A stretch of 64,000 nucleotides of DNA. Origin: Malacoraja senta (taxonomy: Eukaryota). Under the pieces are notes generated by a model that was not told where the DNA came from, made no database searches, and saw only the letters and a program-made list of their open reading frames with translations. The stretch covers positions 19,408,001-19,472,000 of the forward strand of contig CM075988.1 in assembly GCA_038087875.1 (NCBI GenBank), in the 5' to 3' direction. Of this stretch, positions 37,926 to 53,448 are shown piece by piece. Positions within the stretch are counted from its first letter, which is position 1. Each line of letters begins with the position of its first letter. Position numbers and translations under genes: made by a program.

Positions 37926-40900
37926 GCACGGCAGCTGCACGGAGCGGCAGGGGAAGGAGCCGACGGCATCGCGCTGGGCCAGGCCGACCCCTACTTCACC
38001 AATCCAGTGCCGCCACGACACCGAGCCTTAAAATGAGAAAATAAGAAACTGCAGATCTCCTTTGGCACTTAATAGAGCTCTTAAAGATAGCAGAGTCAGG
38101 GGATATGGTGAGAAGGCAGGAACGGGGTACTGAATGTGGATCAGCCAGGATCACCGTGAATGACGGTGCTGGCTCGAAGGTCCGAATGGCCTACTCCTGC
38201 ATCTATTGTCTATTGTCTTGTCTAAGATCAGACTTTTCAAGGACTTGGAAGTGGCAAGATGGTGCTGGAACATGGTGACTCTCTGCTAGCTGTTCCAGAA
38301 GAGGATCTATTGTACACATGTATGGTCAGATTCGACTGGATATAAACTGACGTTATATCATCTTATATATTTCTATCAGGTCTCCCCACCACCTGCAGCA
38401 ATCCAGTGAAAAGAATCCAGGTCTATCCAATCTCTCCCTGTAGCTCATACCCCTTCATCCAGGCATCATTGTAGTAAACCTCTTCTTCAATCTTTCCAAA
38501 GCCTCCACATCCTTCCGGGCAAAGGGGCGACCAGAACTGCACGCAATACTCCAAGCGGCCTAGCCAAAGTCGTATAGAGCTGCATCGTGACTTCCTGACT
38601 CAAGAGCAGGCTGCTTAAGGCTGAATGTGGTTGAGCTTTCTGAGTGCAACCCGCAGTCATCCGGGCAAACAGAGTCGTCCATCAGTCCCCTGACAGGTGC
38701 TGTAGCTACTAGACTGCCTTCAAGTATCAAGAGTCGAGCACCTGTAAAACCAAAATGATCGGCAGCAGGATCATAAACCACAGGGTGTCACCCGTAAGTC
38801 ATGAGCTGTCCAACATGGCCACATCTCTCAGAATTGGTACATGCTTTAGCAACTTGAACAAGCAAAATATGACATGGACCAGAGAAACTGCCAAGATGCA
38901 TTTCATCATTTGAGTTTAGTTTAGTTTAGTTTAGTTTGGAGATACAGCACAGAAAGAGGCCCTTCGGCCCACCGAGTCCCACCCACTAACACTATCTGAC
39001 ACTATCATGTTCAATGCTGACACAGTGGGCCGAAGGACCTTTACGTGTGTTGTACTGACCTACATTCTATGCTTTTTCTGTGGGGGACAAAAAGGGACAG
39101 ACGGCATTTCGGGTAATCCAGGTGAAGACTCTCAACCCGAAATGTTGACTGACCATTTCCCTCCACAGGTGCTAACTATCCACCCGAGCTCCACCAGCAG
39201 TTTGTTTGTTGAAAAGGTTGAATTGTTGAAGCCAGCGTATATTTATCTGCACCGACTCAATGCTTTGCACTCAAGCCACTGTAAGTAAATCTCCCTGTAT
39301 TAAGAGCTATCCCAGAGTATTACTATGATCTTCTCTTGTATAAATATCACAGCCCACGAGGCTAACTACACTTGATAAACAGAAACTGTATTGGAAACCC
39401 TGGAACGAGCATCTGATTGAATATCACACAGGGGGTTGTGAGGCCGTTCTCCACTCCACAAGGAAGCTTTTGTTCAGTTTACACCTTTTTCAAAAGCTTC
39501 TGGTATCGTCTCAAGTAAAACTAAAGGCTTCCGTGAGGGACTTAGCACCATCTCCAGGCACTTAGCAAAGTGACACGCTTAACGGATAGAAAACTCTTCA
39601 TAAGACATGCATTAGAATAACCGGTTCTTCGGAACACGCATCTTTCGAGGCCTCGCTGATTTATTTATCGAACATAATTCGTTAAATATTTAGCAGGTTG
39701 CTCTGGAATGTTTTTGCACCACTCTTTCTACCCAGAGAACCGATCGAAAAATTCCATTTACGCATACACTAGACAGATGATTGGGGTGAGTGAGGAAGAT
39801 TTGGTAGCACTGGGCCACATGGACCCACAACATATTCTGTGCCTAGAAACCATTGACTCATTAAAGGAGAACAGATGAAATACGTCTCCTCTCTTTCAAA
39901 ATATGGAAGAAAGCTTCACATTTTCTTTTTAGGTATTTTTTCTGCTTGGCTATAGGTGGGGGTAGGGAAGATGCAAGATGCAGGACACCTGCAGATGCTG
40001 CAATCTGGAGCAAAAGACAAAATGCTGGAGGAACTCAGCGGTTCAGGCAGCATCTGTGATGGGAGTGGACAGACGACTTTTCGGGTCGGGACTCCTCTTC
40101 AGACTCTGAAGGAATTAGGAGGTGGTCAAACACATAGAGGAGTACAGGCTGTTGACTGTGTTCACCATCACTTGTACTGTCCAGGTGTCTACAATGCAAG
40201 TCGCTTGAATCTAACCAAAAGCATTGAAAGGGGTGGAAGTGGGATCCTAGTTTAGTTTAGGTTAATTTATTATTGTTACATGTACAGGGGTACAGTGAAA
40301 AGCTTATTTGTCGCCTGCAATCCAATCAGCAAAAAGACTATATATGTTTACAATCAAACCATCCACTGTGTACAGATGCTGGATAAAGAGTATAAGATTT
40401 AGTGTAAGATAAAGTCAAATAAAGTCAGATTAATGACAGTACGAAGGTTTCCAATGAGGTAGATGGGAGGTCAGGACTGCTCTCTAGTTGGTGATAGGAT
40501 AGTTCAGTTGGCTGATAACAACTGGGAAGAAAATGACCCTGAATCTGGAGGAATGCACGGACACATTTCTGTACCTCTTGCCTGACAGGACTGGTCTTTG
40601 GAGCACAATCCATCCCACTCACCACCTGCATGGTTTCCATGGCCACACACACTTCCTGTGACCTCGTGGGTCAAAGGCCACTCTTGCCCTCACCTTTGTG
40701 GCCGACCACAAGATGGAGGAGTGGTCACCGATGATACAAAAGTGGGTGGTATTGCAAATAGTGAAGATGGTTGTCAAAAATTGCAGCAGGATCTTGATCG
40801 GTTGGCCAGGTGGGCTGAGGAATGGATGATGGGATTTAATACAGAGAAATGTGCTTAGTTGCATTTTGGAATGTTTTACACGGGCAGATCTCACAGAGTG

Positions 40901-43900
40901 AGTGGAAGGGCTCTGGGGATGTATTGAGGAGCAGAACTATCTTAACTATCATGTACTGACCTCTTGTCAGCACACTTTTAAAAATATCCCACTTTCTTAA
41001 CGTTCCTTTTCCTTCACTCAACCTACTCCAATCAACTTGAGAGAGTCGCTGTCTCATACCCTCAAAGTTGGCCTTGCCTCAATTTAGCATTTTAACTCAT
41101 GGGTCCCCTCTGTCCCTATCCATAACAATCTTAAACCTAATTGAACAGTGGTCACTGGTCCCAAAAGGCTCATCCATGAACACTTCATCCAATTGTCCCT
41201 CCCAATTTCCCCAAACGAGATCAAGTGTTGCCCTCCCCCATGTGAGGGCCCTCCACATGTTGCCCTCCCCCATGTGAGGGCCCTCCACATGTTGCAGGAT
41301 ACTAGTTCTATCCTACACACTAGGGGCAATTTACAGAAACCAATTAACCTACAACTCTGCACGTCTTTGGAACGTGGGAGGAAACCAGAGCATCCAGAGA
41401 AAAACCCACGCGGTCACGGGGAGAACGTGCAAACTCCGTACAGACAGCAGCCGTAGTCAGGATCGAACCCGGGTCTTTGGAGCTGCGAGGCAGCAAACTC
41501 TACCGCTGCGCCTCTGTGCCGCTCATGAGGGGAAATAGGTGAAAGGCAAGCCTTCTGCGAACACAATCATCGAGAATTACCAGGCATTCAAGATACACAG
41601 TGCCAGCCTGCCAAGAGATGCACTTTCCATGGGCCAGAAATCAGCCTCAGGAGAATTCTTTATGGTTTAAATAAAATGTTTTGCTTTCCTCTCTTGACGA
41701 GACGTGGGATACCAGCACAGCTACTTCAGTTTGAGATTTGATAATCGGCAAATATACCCCCTGGCGTTCTGGGCTTCCTTAACGCTGAACTGCACAGCGA
41801 TCTCATTAATTATCGCATTGTTATTTCAGGGGGTTCACTATGAACACGATGGCTGTTGGATTTCCAACAGAGTGTGTACAAAATGCCTGCAGTCAAAGAT
41901 CTTGACCACTGATCCACAGACGCAGGTTAGAGATATAAAATGTAGTATTAAGTAAATACACAACTTTAAAAACAAACTGTTTTTCGTAAACAGCATTGGA
42001 TGGCTGGTCACTTTAATTTCATGCTTCATATATTTTGTGACTGTTGGCAGATCAATCTCCCTCCTGGGATAAATAAAGTTCTATCGTATTGTATCGTATC
42101 GCAAAATCCAAATGATTGACTAAAATTAAAACAGAGCATGCTGGAAATACTCGGCAGGTCAGGCAGCATCCGTGGAAAGAGAAGCCGAGCTAATGTCAAA
42201 AATGTTTCTTCAGAGCTGGGAAGAGAAAAAGCAAGTGAGTATTAAGCAGTAAATTGTGAGGAGGATGAATGGGACAAAGAGTATACAATACCTTGGATAA
42301 GGTGAGGTCACACTATTGTACACATCTACATGAAGCGCTGCCTCAAGAAGATGGCATCAATCATCAAGGAATTCCACCATCCAGGCCATGCCCTCTTAAA
42401 GTCAGAATCATAGAGTCACACAGTGTGGAAACAGGTCCTTCGACCCAACTTGCCCACATCGACCAACCTGTCCCATCTATACTAGTCCCACTTGCCTATG
42501 TTTAGCCCATATCCCTCTAGACCTACTCTATCCAAGTACCTGTCTAGATGTATCTTAAACGTTGCAATAGTACCTGCCTCAACTACCTCCTCCTTCAGCA
42601 CGTTCCATATACCCACCACCCTTTGTGTGAAAAATGTACCCCTCAGATTCTTATAAAATCTTTCCCCCTTCACCTTAAATCTATGCCTTTTGGTGCTCGA
42701 TTCCACTACTCCGGCTGAGAGACTCTGTACGTCTACCCTATCTATTCTTCTCATAATTGTATACACCTCTATAAGATCGCTCCTCATCGTCCTGCACTAC
42801 AGGGAATAGTCCCAGCCTGCTCAACCTATAGCTCAGACCCTCGAGTCCTGGCAACATCAGCACAACTTAACAACATCTTTCCTATAAGATACTGTCCTAT
42901 AAGATGCTTTCCTATAAGATTCCCAGAGCTGTCCTCTTCTCACTGCTACTGTTAGACCACCAGGTTCAGGAATAGCTACTTTCTGACAACCATCAATTTC
43001 TTGAACTGACCAGCACAACCCTAATCCTAGGTCCTGCCTCTTGCATTTCCATGGACTTGATTTGTTTCTTCTAAATGAATTTGCACTTATGACATGCTTT
43101 TTTGCATAGTCTTTTTCTTTCACTGTCTTGCAGAATGTATGTTTAATTTACATGCAGGTACAATGTGTGTGTTGTTGATGTGCCTGTGAAGCTGCTGTGA
43201 GCAAGATTTTTCATTGTACTTGTACCTCAGTTGCATCTGACAATAAACTCAACTTGACTTGGACTGATTTGACTTGACTTGCTCTGGAGATAAGCTGTTG
43301 AGGAGACAACCTGATCGATGATGTGGTTCGACTCCAACCGGTTCACTAATGTTCTCCAGTGGAGAAATATGTAATCCTTCCTCAGTTTGGCCGACTTGTG
43401 ACTCTAGACCCACTAATGTTCTTATCCTTCAGAGTCACCTCAGTCGGAGAAAATTAAGTATGGACACTGAGGGATAAGATTACCATACATTTGGATAGAC
43501 AGGGGCTGATTGGGCATAGTCAGCATGATTTTGCACGTGGGAGATGGTGTCTTACGAATCACATTAAGTTTTTTAAAAGAATTAACCAAAAAGGTTGACG
43601 AGAGCAAGGCCAGAGATGTTGTCTGCATGGACTTCAGCAAGGAATTTGATAAGGTTCCGCATGGTAGGGTTCTCTGGAAAGTTAGAATGCATGGGATCCA
43701 GGGAGATCTCACCAACTGGATAGAGAATTGGCTTCATAGAAGGAAGTAGAGGGTGATGGGGGACAGTTGTTTTGCGGACTGGGGGCCCGTGACTGATGGT
43801 TTGCCTCAAGGATTGGCGCTGGGCCCATTGCTGTTTATGGTTTATATCAACGATTTGGATGAGAATGTACAGGTTATGATTAGTAAGTTTGCAGATGTCA

Positions 43901-46900
43901 CTAAAGTGGGTGGTATTGTAGATAGGGAAGATGGTTATCAGAAATTACAGCAGAATCTTGATCAGTTGGGCAAGTGGGCTGAGGAATGCTTAATGGAGTT
44001 TAATGCAGATAAGTGTGAGGTGTTGCACTTTGGGAACTGAAACCAGGGAAGGACCTACATAGTGAATGGTAGGAGCAATTAGATCTAGAAGTGCAGGTAC
44101 ACAAAGGATGGTGGGTGTATGGGACGAGCTGCCAGAGGAGGTGGTTGAGGCTGGGACTAACCCAACATTTAATGAACAGTTAGACAGGTACATGGATAGG
44201 ACAGGTTTGGAGGGATATGGACCAAAAGCAGGCAGGTGGGACTAGTGTAGCGGGGACATGTTGGCCGGAGCACGCAAGTTGGGCCGAAGGGCCTGTTTCC
44301 ACACTGTATCACTCTATAACTCTGTGACTGTGAATTTTGTATACATAGAGATATTACGGGCAAATTCTGGTGACCCCACGGGGCTATGGATTGGCTCCAG
44401 CCAATTCTTTCAGGACTCATTCAGCTCTGCAAATGCACAAATAATTTAATTAACAAACACAAAAAGTAATGTTTTATGCCTTGGAGCAATCTCCCCACTG
44501 ATAGAATTTGAATGTGAATAGATCATGAGATGATATAATATTCTCAGACTCCAAAAAGCATTTTGGCTGAATTTAGCTCGAGGATATAATTGTGTTCTTT
44601 TGTATGAATTCTCTGAAACCATTATAAAGTTTGAAACATGTGGCTCATTTACTTTCAGGTGACAGATTGCATTGGTTGCTTGTTGGACACAGGTATTTGA
44701 GTTCTCATTATATGGTTCTTTTGATCAATCATCCTTAACTAAGTAGAGTTCCCATTCATTCCCAACCATCTGAATGAACAAGTCCTGCTTCTTCTTCCTG
44801 TCTTGAGTTTTGATTGCTTTAATTCGTTTCAGGCAGAAGATTCTGCATTCAATCTCATCCACAAGAGGTGAGCATAAAGACCTAGGCTGATGGCTCCAAG
44901 ATGATACTGAGGGAGGGCAGATGCCTGGACATGGAGTAATGGAGATATGTGACGATATTGAGTGTTACCCGTACAAAGTTACTAAGCTTAAGTCAAGACA
45001 TTAAGCTCTATCTGTTATGTATCTACCAGCAGCCTCATTTTTGGAAGATTATACTCTATCGACCCACATTTCAAAGACTAATTTACTTCACTGCCCAGGT
45101 CCTACTTCTGAGTCGGATTAACTGCCAATAATCTCTATTTTGAGCAATTGATCCCTCTCCCAGTCTAGGAGGAGCTACAAGAACATCAGTGGCGCAGCGG
45201 TAGAGTTGCTGTCTTACAGCGCTTGCAGCACCAGAGACCCGGGTTCAATCCTGAATAGGGGTGCTGTCTGTACAGAGTTTGTACTTTCTCCCCGTGACCA
45301 CGGGGGTTTTCTCCGAGATCTTCGGTTTCCTCTCACACTCCAAAGACTTACAGGTTTGTAGGTTAATTGGCTTGGTGTATGTGTAAATTGTCCCTAGTGT
45401 GTAGGATAGCGTTAATGTGCGGGGATCGCTGGTCGGTGCGGACTTCGTGGGCCGAACAGTCTGTTTCCGCTCGGTATCTCTAAACTAAAACTAAACAGCT
45501 GCCCACTAGATCCGTATCCCTTTCTGTTGATTTAAAACAACATTATTTTGATTTACAACAGAGGTAGATCTTAAATCTTATGAGGAACACATGCTCCAAT
45601 ATACATCAGCCATAATTGAATGGCAGAGCAGACTTGATGGGCTGAATGGCCTAATGTCCTGATATTTTATGATCTATGATCTTCCAACAAGAGGATGTGT
45701 TCTCAGCCTCTTACTATATTCTCTTCATACTCACAAACAACTGCGCGTCCAAATTCTGCTCTACGTCCATCTACAAGTTTCAGATGACATCATGGTGGTG
45801 GGCTGGTTCATGAACAATGACGAGACAGGATTATAGATGAGATGGAGAACATAGTAAAATGATGTCAAAACAACCTCTACCTCAATGTCTGCAAAATGAA
45901 GGAGCTAAATATTGACTTAAGGAAGTTGGTACATGCCCCAATTAGCATCAATGGTGCTGAAGTGGAGATCATCGAGAGCTTCAAGTTCCTGGATATAAAT
46001 ATCACCAACAATTTGTTCTGGTCGAACAACATTGAAGCAATGACCATGAAAGCATGCCAATGCCTCTACCTCCTTGGAAGACCTTCACTATTACAACGTT
46101 TAAGAAACATTTAGATAGGTACATGAACAGGATAGGTTTAGAAGACTATGGGCCAAATGCAGGCAGGTGGGACTAGTGTAGATGGAGCATCTTGATCGGC
46201 GTGGGTGTTGGACCGGAGGGCCTTTTCTCACGCAGTATGACAAGGGATATTTAGTATTTCTCCAATGACCCTTACCAGTTTCTACAGATGTGCCATGGAA
46301 GGCATCCTATACAGATGCATCACAGGTTGGTGCGGCAACTGGTCTGCTCAAGACCTCAAGAACTTGCAGAGAAACCAAACAATCTTAAACACTGCCCATT
46401 CCATTATACAAACCAGCCCACCCACATCGATATGCTTCACATTGCCCTGAGAAAGCAGCCAACATAATCAAGGACTACATACATCACAGTCGTTCCCTCT
46501 TCTCCCCTCTCCCATTGGGCATAAAATACAAAAGCCTGAAAGGACGTAGCATCAGATTCAAGCACAGTTTCTGCCTCACTGTTATCAGTCTACTAAATGG
46601 ACCTCTCATCAGCAAGGTGTAGAAAGGAACTGCAGATGCTGGTTTAAACTGACGATAGGCACATAATTCTGGCATAACTCAGCAGGACAAGCAGCATGTA
46701 TGGAGAGAAGGAATGGGTGACGTTTCTGGTCGAGACCCTTCTTCACACTAAAGAGTCTAAAGAAGTGTCTCGACCTGAAATGTCACCCATTCCTTCTCTC
46801 CAGAGATGCTGCCTGTCCCGCTGAGTTCCTCCAGCATTTTGTGTCTATCTTCTCTCATCAGCAAGGGATGTATTCCCAATCTTCCAACCTACATCATTGC

Positions 46901-49900
46901 AACCCTTGCGCATTTTATAACTGCACTTTCTGTCACTGGAACACCAAATTCCCCATTCTGTTTATTTTTTCTTTGCATCATTTGACGTACTCATGTATGA
47001 TACGATTTGACTGGATAGTATGCAAAAATATGTTTTTTGCTATATCTTGTACATAGGGCAATAATAATAAATAAATAACAAGGATCTATTTTCCCGTTAT
47101 GTGTAGGAAAGAACTGCACATACTGGTTTAAATTGAAGATAGACACAAAATGCTGGAGTAACTCAGCGGGACAGACAACATATCTGGAGAGAAGGAATGG
47201 ATGACGTTTCGGGTCGAGTCCCTTCTCCATGTTCTCCAGAGATGCTGCCTGTCCCGCTGAGTTACTCCAGCATTTTGTGTCTACTTTTCCCATTATTATG
47301 TTTTGTTTCTCAGGGTCATTTCTAAATGACAGTTTAAGGCTCAGATCTGTGGCTTAAATCATATTTATTTTCAGACACAGGCCATATGTGGCAGAGGGAG
47401 ATTTAATGCATGCTTTCTACACAAAATATAGTGCACCAGTGGTACATTAATTACATGTAATATGCTGGCATTCACTATAGTATAGAAAACGACACAGAGG
47501 GCTGCAGTACCTCAGCGGGTCAGGCAGCATCTCTGGAGAACATGGAAAGGTGACAGTTTGGGTCGGGACCATTCTTCAGACGCAGTATAGCATTGTAAAG
47601 AATCATGCATTACAGTAACACTTAATATTCTGTAAAATGAAATGACAAAATGGAACTAGCAGGCTGGTTTTCCCCAAAGATGTTTTAAAATTACACGTTA
47701 TCAGAACGCTGTAATTTATGGCTATCAAAATGACATCAAAATGTCCCTGAGATCCCAGCGCACAGCTTCCAACAACAATCAAAACATGCCAGATGTTGAA
47801 GATGCCAAGCACAAATTGCTGGAGAATCGGTGGGCCAGGCAGCATCTATGGAGGGAGTGGGAGAGTCCAGGACCAGAGGTCATAGCCTCAGAATTAAAAG
47901 ACGTTTCTTTAGGAAGGAGATGAGGAGGAATTTCTTTGTTCACGGGGTGGTGAATCTGTGGAATTCATTGCCACAGAAGATTGCGGCGGCCAAGTCAATG
48001 GATATTTTTAAGGCAGAGATAGATAGATTCTTGATTAGTATGGGTGTCATGGGTAGAAGGCAGGAGATGGGGTTAAGAGGGAAAGGTAGATCAGCCATGA
48101 TTGGATGGCGGAGTAGACAAGCCTAATTCTGCTCCTATCACTTATGAACCTATGAACTTATGAACTTATGAACTTCCTTGTTGTTGATGGTCACAACTCC
48201 GACCTCTGGATCAAGAGGTCAAGTATCTAACCATTCCTCGGTTGTACATGACAGAGATTAGGACCGAGTGGATTGCAGATTGTCAACAGTGTTAACGTTC
48301 ACACACCACACTAAACAGAGGCTTTATCCGTCCACTCAGGGGGATAACAAGTGCTTCAAGTCCCTATTACCAGAGTTCCCTCAGTATTTTAAAAATAATT
48401 CCACGTCTTATTTTAGATCAAGCGACATAGAAACTACTGGCAGATTTGTCTACAATACACTTTGAACTTTGGAAGATATATTGGTGCAAGAAGTTGAAAA
48501 CCGTGGCCACCAGGTTTAGGAACAACTTCTTCCCAGCAACTATCAGGCTCTTGAACACCACACAACACTAACCTCAGCAACTATGATCTTCTATGGACTG
48601 TGTCTCTGGTTGCACTATGGACCGGTTTGGCATTATTATGGTTGTCCAGCATTGTGATTATTAATTTCTTGTGTTATTGATTATTAAATATTTATCTATA
48701 TGTTATTGTATTACGGGGCTGTCCAGCTGCAGCGAGTAAGAATTTCATTATTCTGCTGTCGGAACATTTGACAATTAAATACTTTCTTGGCACACTCTTA
48801 ACAAACTTGGACAAACTGTTCTTTGAGAGATGCCAAACGTGATGCCAAGTTAAACTGATCCCATCTGCCTGCACGTGATCCATATCCCTCTATTCCCTGA
48901 ACTTCCATGTGCCGGTCTAAAAGCCTCTTCAACCCAACTATTGTATCTGCCTGCACCACCACCCTTGGCAACGTGTTCCAGGCCCCACCACCCTCTGTGT
49001 AAAAAACTTGCCCTTTAAACTTTCCTCCTCTCACCTTATGTGAGACCAAGATCAGGATAGAACCTGGGTCTCTGGTGCTGTTTAAGTAGTAGTCCTACTA
49101 GCTATGCCACTGTGTCAGCCTGTGCAGTGCCCTGAGATGGATGTGAAAGGTGCTATAGAGAGGCAATCGTCATTGGTATCGGTATCACTTTACTATTGCA
49201 CGTGTACCGAGATACAGTGAAATGGTGTGTGCTTGGTCTCAGAAGTGAAGCAAAAAACCTTGCAGGTCTCAGCTGAGATATTTTATCGGACTTTACCTTG
49301 GACTAAACGTTATATCCTTTGTCCTGCATCTGTAAACTGTGGACGGCTTGACTGTAACCATGTACAGTCTTTTTTTTTTTAATAATAATATTTTTATTAG
49401 AAGCAAAGACATATTATGATAAAAACATTTCATGTATATCAATCATAAATTATTAATATTATCAATTGTGGATTGATTCTGCTTCTAGTTTTTTTATAGA
49501 TAAAAAGTGAGAAAGAAAGAGAGAAGAGAAAAAAAAAGAAAACACAAATGTCAAGAGAAAAAAAAAGAGTGGAATAATTTACTAATAATACATCATTGGA
49601 GATATGTTCGTAGGTTATAAAGTATAACTTTTCATCTAATCCTAAGTTCAAGCTTCAGTCTTTTCACTGAGTGGATGGCACGCGACAAAAAAGCTTTTCA
49701 CTGTACCTTGGTACAAGTGATAATAATATTAAACTCAACTAAACCAGCTGCCCAAACACATCTTTGATTCAAGAACTTTATCTAATTCAGTGTTTCTCAG
49801 GTATATTGTTTTGTAGAATGCAATTAATTGCCTGATTTTCAGAAGCCCTCCCATCCATTTGCGATTGCCCTCGTCACCTCTGTACCCAATCGTCATTTAG

Positions 49901-50249
49901 ACCAATCTAGCTACTGCAGGATCTGCAAAATTATAGAAATTGATGTGACCGATCCGTTTATCTGCAAGACACAAATTCGACAGTAAAATCCATCACATGG
50001 ACTTAATAGCTTAACCTGACAAACTGGGAGGTGGAAATAGAAACCATATCTTAATCACTTTTATTTCTAAATCATTAGTCTTTGGGCTCCAGCTTAGTCA
50101 AATTAATACTGCTGTCAAAAATCATATAATTTTGTAAAGCAAGTGCAGCGACTGTATGAGGTAAGGGATCTTATGCAAACACCAGAAATGGAAGTACAAT
50201 CCATTGGATTGTGAAATGGAAGAGCCCCTACCATTCACACCTGATACTG

Positions 50250-51288
50250 TAGCAATGTTACAAAATTTTGAGATTTTAAAAATAAAGTCTGCAATTTATC
50301 CCATCAGATAAAGCATAAAAAGAAGTTTAATTTGACACTTAATTCACTTTCATATCTTCAGTATTAAAAAAGTTATGGCCATTATCATACTCAGAAATTA
50401 GCATCTAGTTCCCTATTGCTTTTCCATTGACAACACAAAAGCTGTGATCGAGGACAGTTAAAAGCCCATAACTTTCTTAAAAATTATGATAACTGAAAGA
50501 AATTTTCAGTTATTATAGATTGAAGCATTCTGAAACAAATATGAAACAATCTTACTTCGAAGACATGAAAGTAAAGCATATAATTAGTTAGTTACCTAAT
50601 TGTAGCTAATTACAAAATTCAATTACTAGATCTAAACATCTATCAATTTCTTAAGAATAGATTAACATTTTTAAATAGCCTAAGTGTCCAAATAACATTC
50701 ACACAATAATTCACAATATAACATAATTATTCAATCTAATTTTCATGAATTTACAGGCCAAATGGAAGGAATTGAATGTTTAATACCTGTAAATTAATGG
50801 GGATTTAATTCATCTTGCGAGTGAGGATTTCTGGAACGCGATCTTTTGGAACGTTCATTTGCGGTGAATTTAACCCCGTATTGGCATGAAAAATACTGCC
50901 ATTAATTCGGGGAATAAAATCACCGTGTCCCATGAAAAAATGTGAATTAAAGGCTTCTTAAGAAGCACTTTTATACATTTAAAGAAACCACTTTCGTTTA
51001 CCTGTCCCGTGTGTGAAATCCGTCCCCGTTATCGGCGTTGACGCTTCAGGAGCTGCTTTTAAAATTACTCCAGCGCTGACATTGACGATTTAAATTTTTT
51101 TTTTAATTCACAAAACGCCGGTAGGAACGATTTGTCAGCCAAGGCTTGTACTCCAACAAAATATTAACCAGGACCAGGGAGGAGAAACCCGCGTTTTAAC
51201 CCCGCCCCTCCTTAAAGGCGCCAAAATCGCGCACACGGCCAGTGGCAGAATTACAGCGCGACTGAAGGTAAGTTTTGTAACATACCTA
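50250..51288. mobile_element. Copy 2 of the 7-bp-TSD DNA transposon
   Basis: Same TIRs; TSD gatactg at 50243..50249 and 51289..51295. Confidence 0.85.
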
Positions 51289-53448
51289 GATACTGTGCCC
51301 CTAAACACAAAGTGCTGGAGGAACTAAGCAGGTCAGGCAGCATCTATGGAGGGAGATGAACAAAGGTGTAGGAAGGAACTGCAGATGCTGGTTTAAACCG
51401 AAGATGGACACAGTCTGAAGAAGGGTCTTGACCCGATACCACCTATTCCTTTTCTCCAGAGATGCTGTCTGACCCAATGAGTTACTGCAGCTTTTTGGGG
51501 TCCATCTTAAGTTGAACAAAGGTCCTGACCTGTAACATCATCTGCCCATTCCCTCCACAGACGCTGTTTGACCCGCAGAACACTTAAGGTTTTAGTTTAA
51601 GAAAGAACTGCAGATGCTGGAAAAATGGAAGGTAAACAAAAATGCTGGAGGAACTCAGCGGGTGAGGCAGCATCTATGGAGAGAAGGAATAGGCGACGTT
51701 TCGAGTCAAGACCATTCTAAGTTTAGTTTAGTTTAATTTAGTTTAGAGATACAGCGCGGAAACAGGCACTTTGGCCCACCGAGTCCGCGCCGACCAGCAA
51801 TCCCCGCACACTAACACTATCCAACACACACTAGGGACAACTTACAATTTTACAAAGCCAATTAGCCTACAAACCTGTACGTATTTGCAGTGTAGGAGGA
51901 AACTGGGGCTCCTGGAGAAAAGCCATGTAGATCACAGGAAGAACGTACAAACTGCATACAGACAGCCCCCTTTAGTCATGTTCGAACCAAGTTCTCTGGG
52001 GCTGTAAGGCAGCAACTCTACTGCTGCACCACACTGCCTTGAACCGCCCATTTTCTTCAAGATTCCAGCATCTGTGTTCCCTTGTGTCCCCAAGAATATG
52101 AGCCTCCTTCACTTCCCAGCACAATGCGCAAATCCTTCTCTTCGCTCAACTAACCACCAAAAAACTTTGGGAGTTGAGTGTTCAAGGGATTTACAACCCC
52201 CTTGGTAAGGTTCCTCCTAAATGGCTGGATTCTGTTTGCATTTCCACACTAGACCTGAGACACCAATTCAGTTTAGTTTAGAGATACAGCATGGAAACAA
52301 GGCTCTTTAGCCCACCCATGTCCACGCCGACCTATTCACACCAGTTCTATATTATCCCATCCTATTTCACATCCTATTCCATTCACACAAGGGGGCAATT
52401 TTACAGAGGCTAATTCATCTATCCTCACACACGTCTTTGGGATGTGGGAGGAAACCACAGCACCCGGAGGAAACCCACGTCCCACGCAGTCACAGGAAGA
52501 ATGTGTAAATTCCACACAGACAGCACACAAGGTCAGAATCAAGCCCGGGTCTCAGGTGCAGTGAAGCAGGAGCTCTACCAGCTGAGCTACTGTGCACCCA
52601 CTAATTTCTCATAACCATAATTATCATTTCCTTTTGCATGCAAAAATCAAAGGCGGGAGGAACTCTGCGGGTCAGGCTGCATCTGTGGAGGGAATGATGT
52701 TTCGGGTCGGGACACTTCAGATTTGAGTTTGTCCATTCCCTCCGCAGATGCTGCCTGAAACGTTGAGTTTCTCCAGCACTGTGTGTTTATTTGGTCAAAA
52801 TTCCAGCATCTGCAGTTTTCTTGCCGGTGGTTCCTTTCACAGCTTTATTACCTTTGATGCAGCTGCATGAATAACAACTTTGCACAAAATCATTGCACAA
52901 TATTCTGAAATAATGAAGAATGTGTTCCATGGAGCAGATTTGACAGGGTGCCTAAATGTGTATTTTTTGAGTGGATGGTTGGTGATTTGTAAAGGCTTTG
53001 CTGAGCTATTCTCTACAAGGAGGCTCAGAATGCGAGAGAATAGAGAATTAACACTACACCTCACTCAGTTGGCCTTGGCCTTACCTTAACCCTCCCACCC
53101 TTGTATCTCGACAATGAAAATTCTTGTATGAAATACTGTAGAACATGAACATGAGTAATGGCGTGATGGCTGAGTGAAATATTTCATTGCACTTTCGGTG
53201 TGTAGCTTGAATCAAAAGGCATTTCACAACAAACGATGCACAATGTCTACAGTAACTCGGTAGGTCAGGCAGCATCTCTGGAGGACATGAAGAGACGATG
53301 CTTCGGGTCGGGACCCTTCTTCAGGCTGATTGCAAGAAAGCTGGAACAAAGGTGAGGGCAGGACAAAGCGTGACAAGTGATAGGTGGATACAAGTGAGGT
53401 GGGTGGGTTGATGGTTGGTCAAAGACCAGAGATGAAAAGCCAAAAGGC

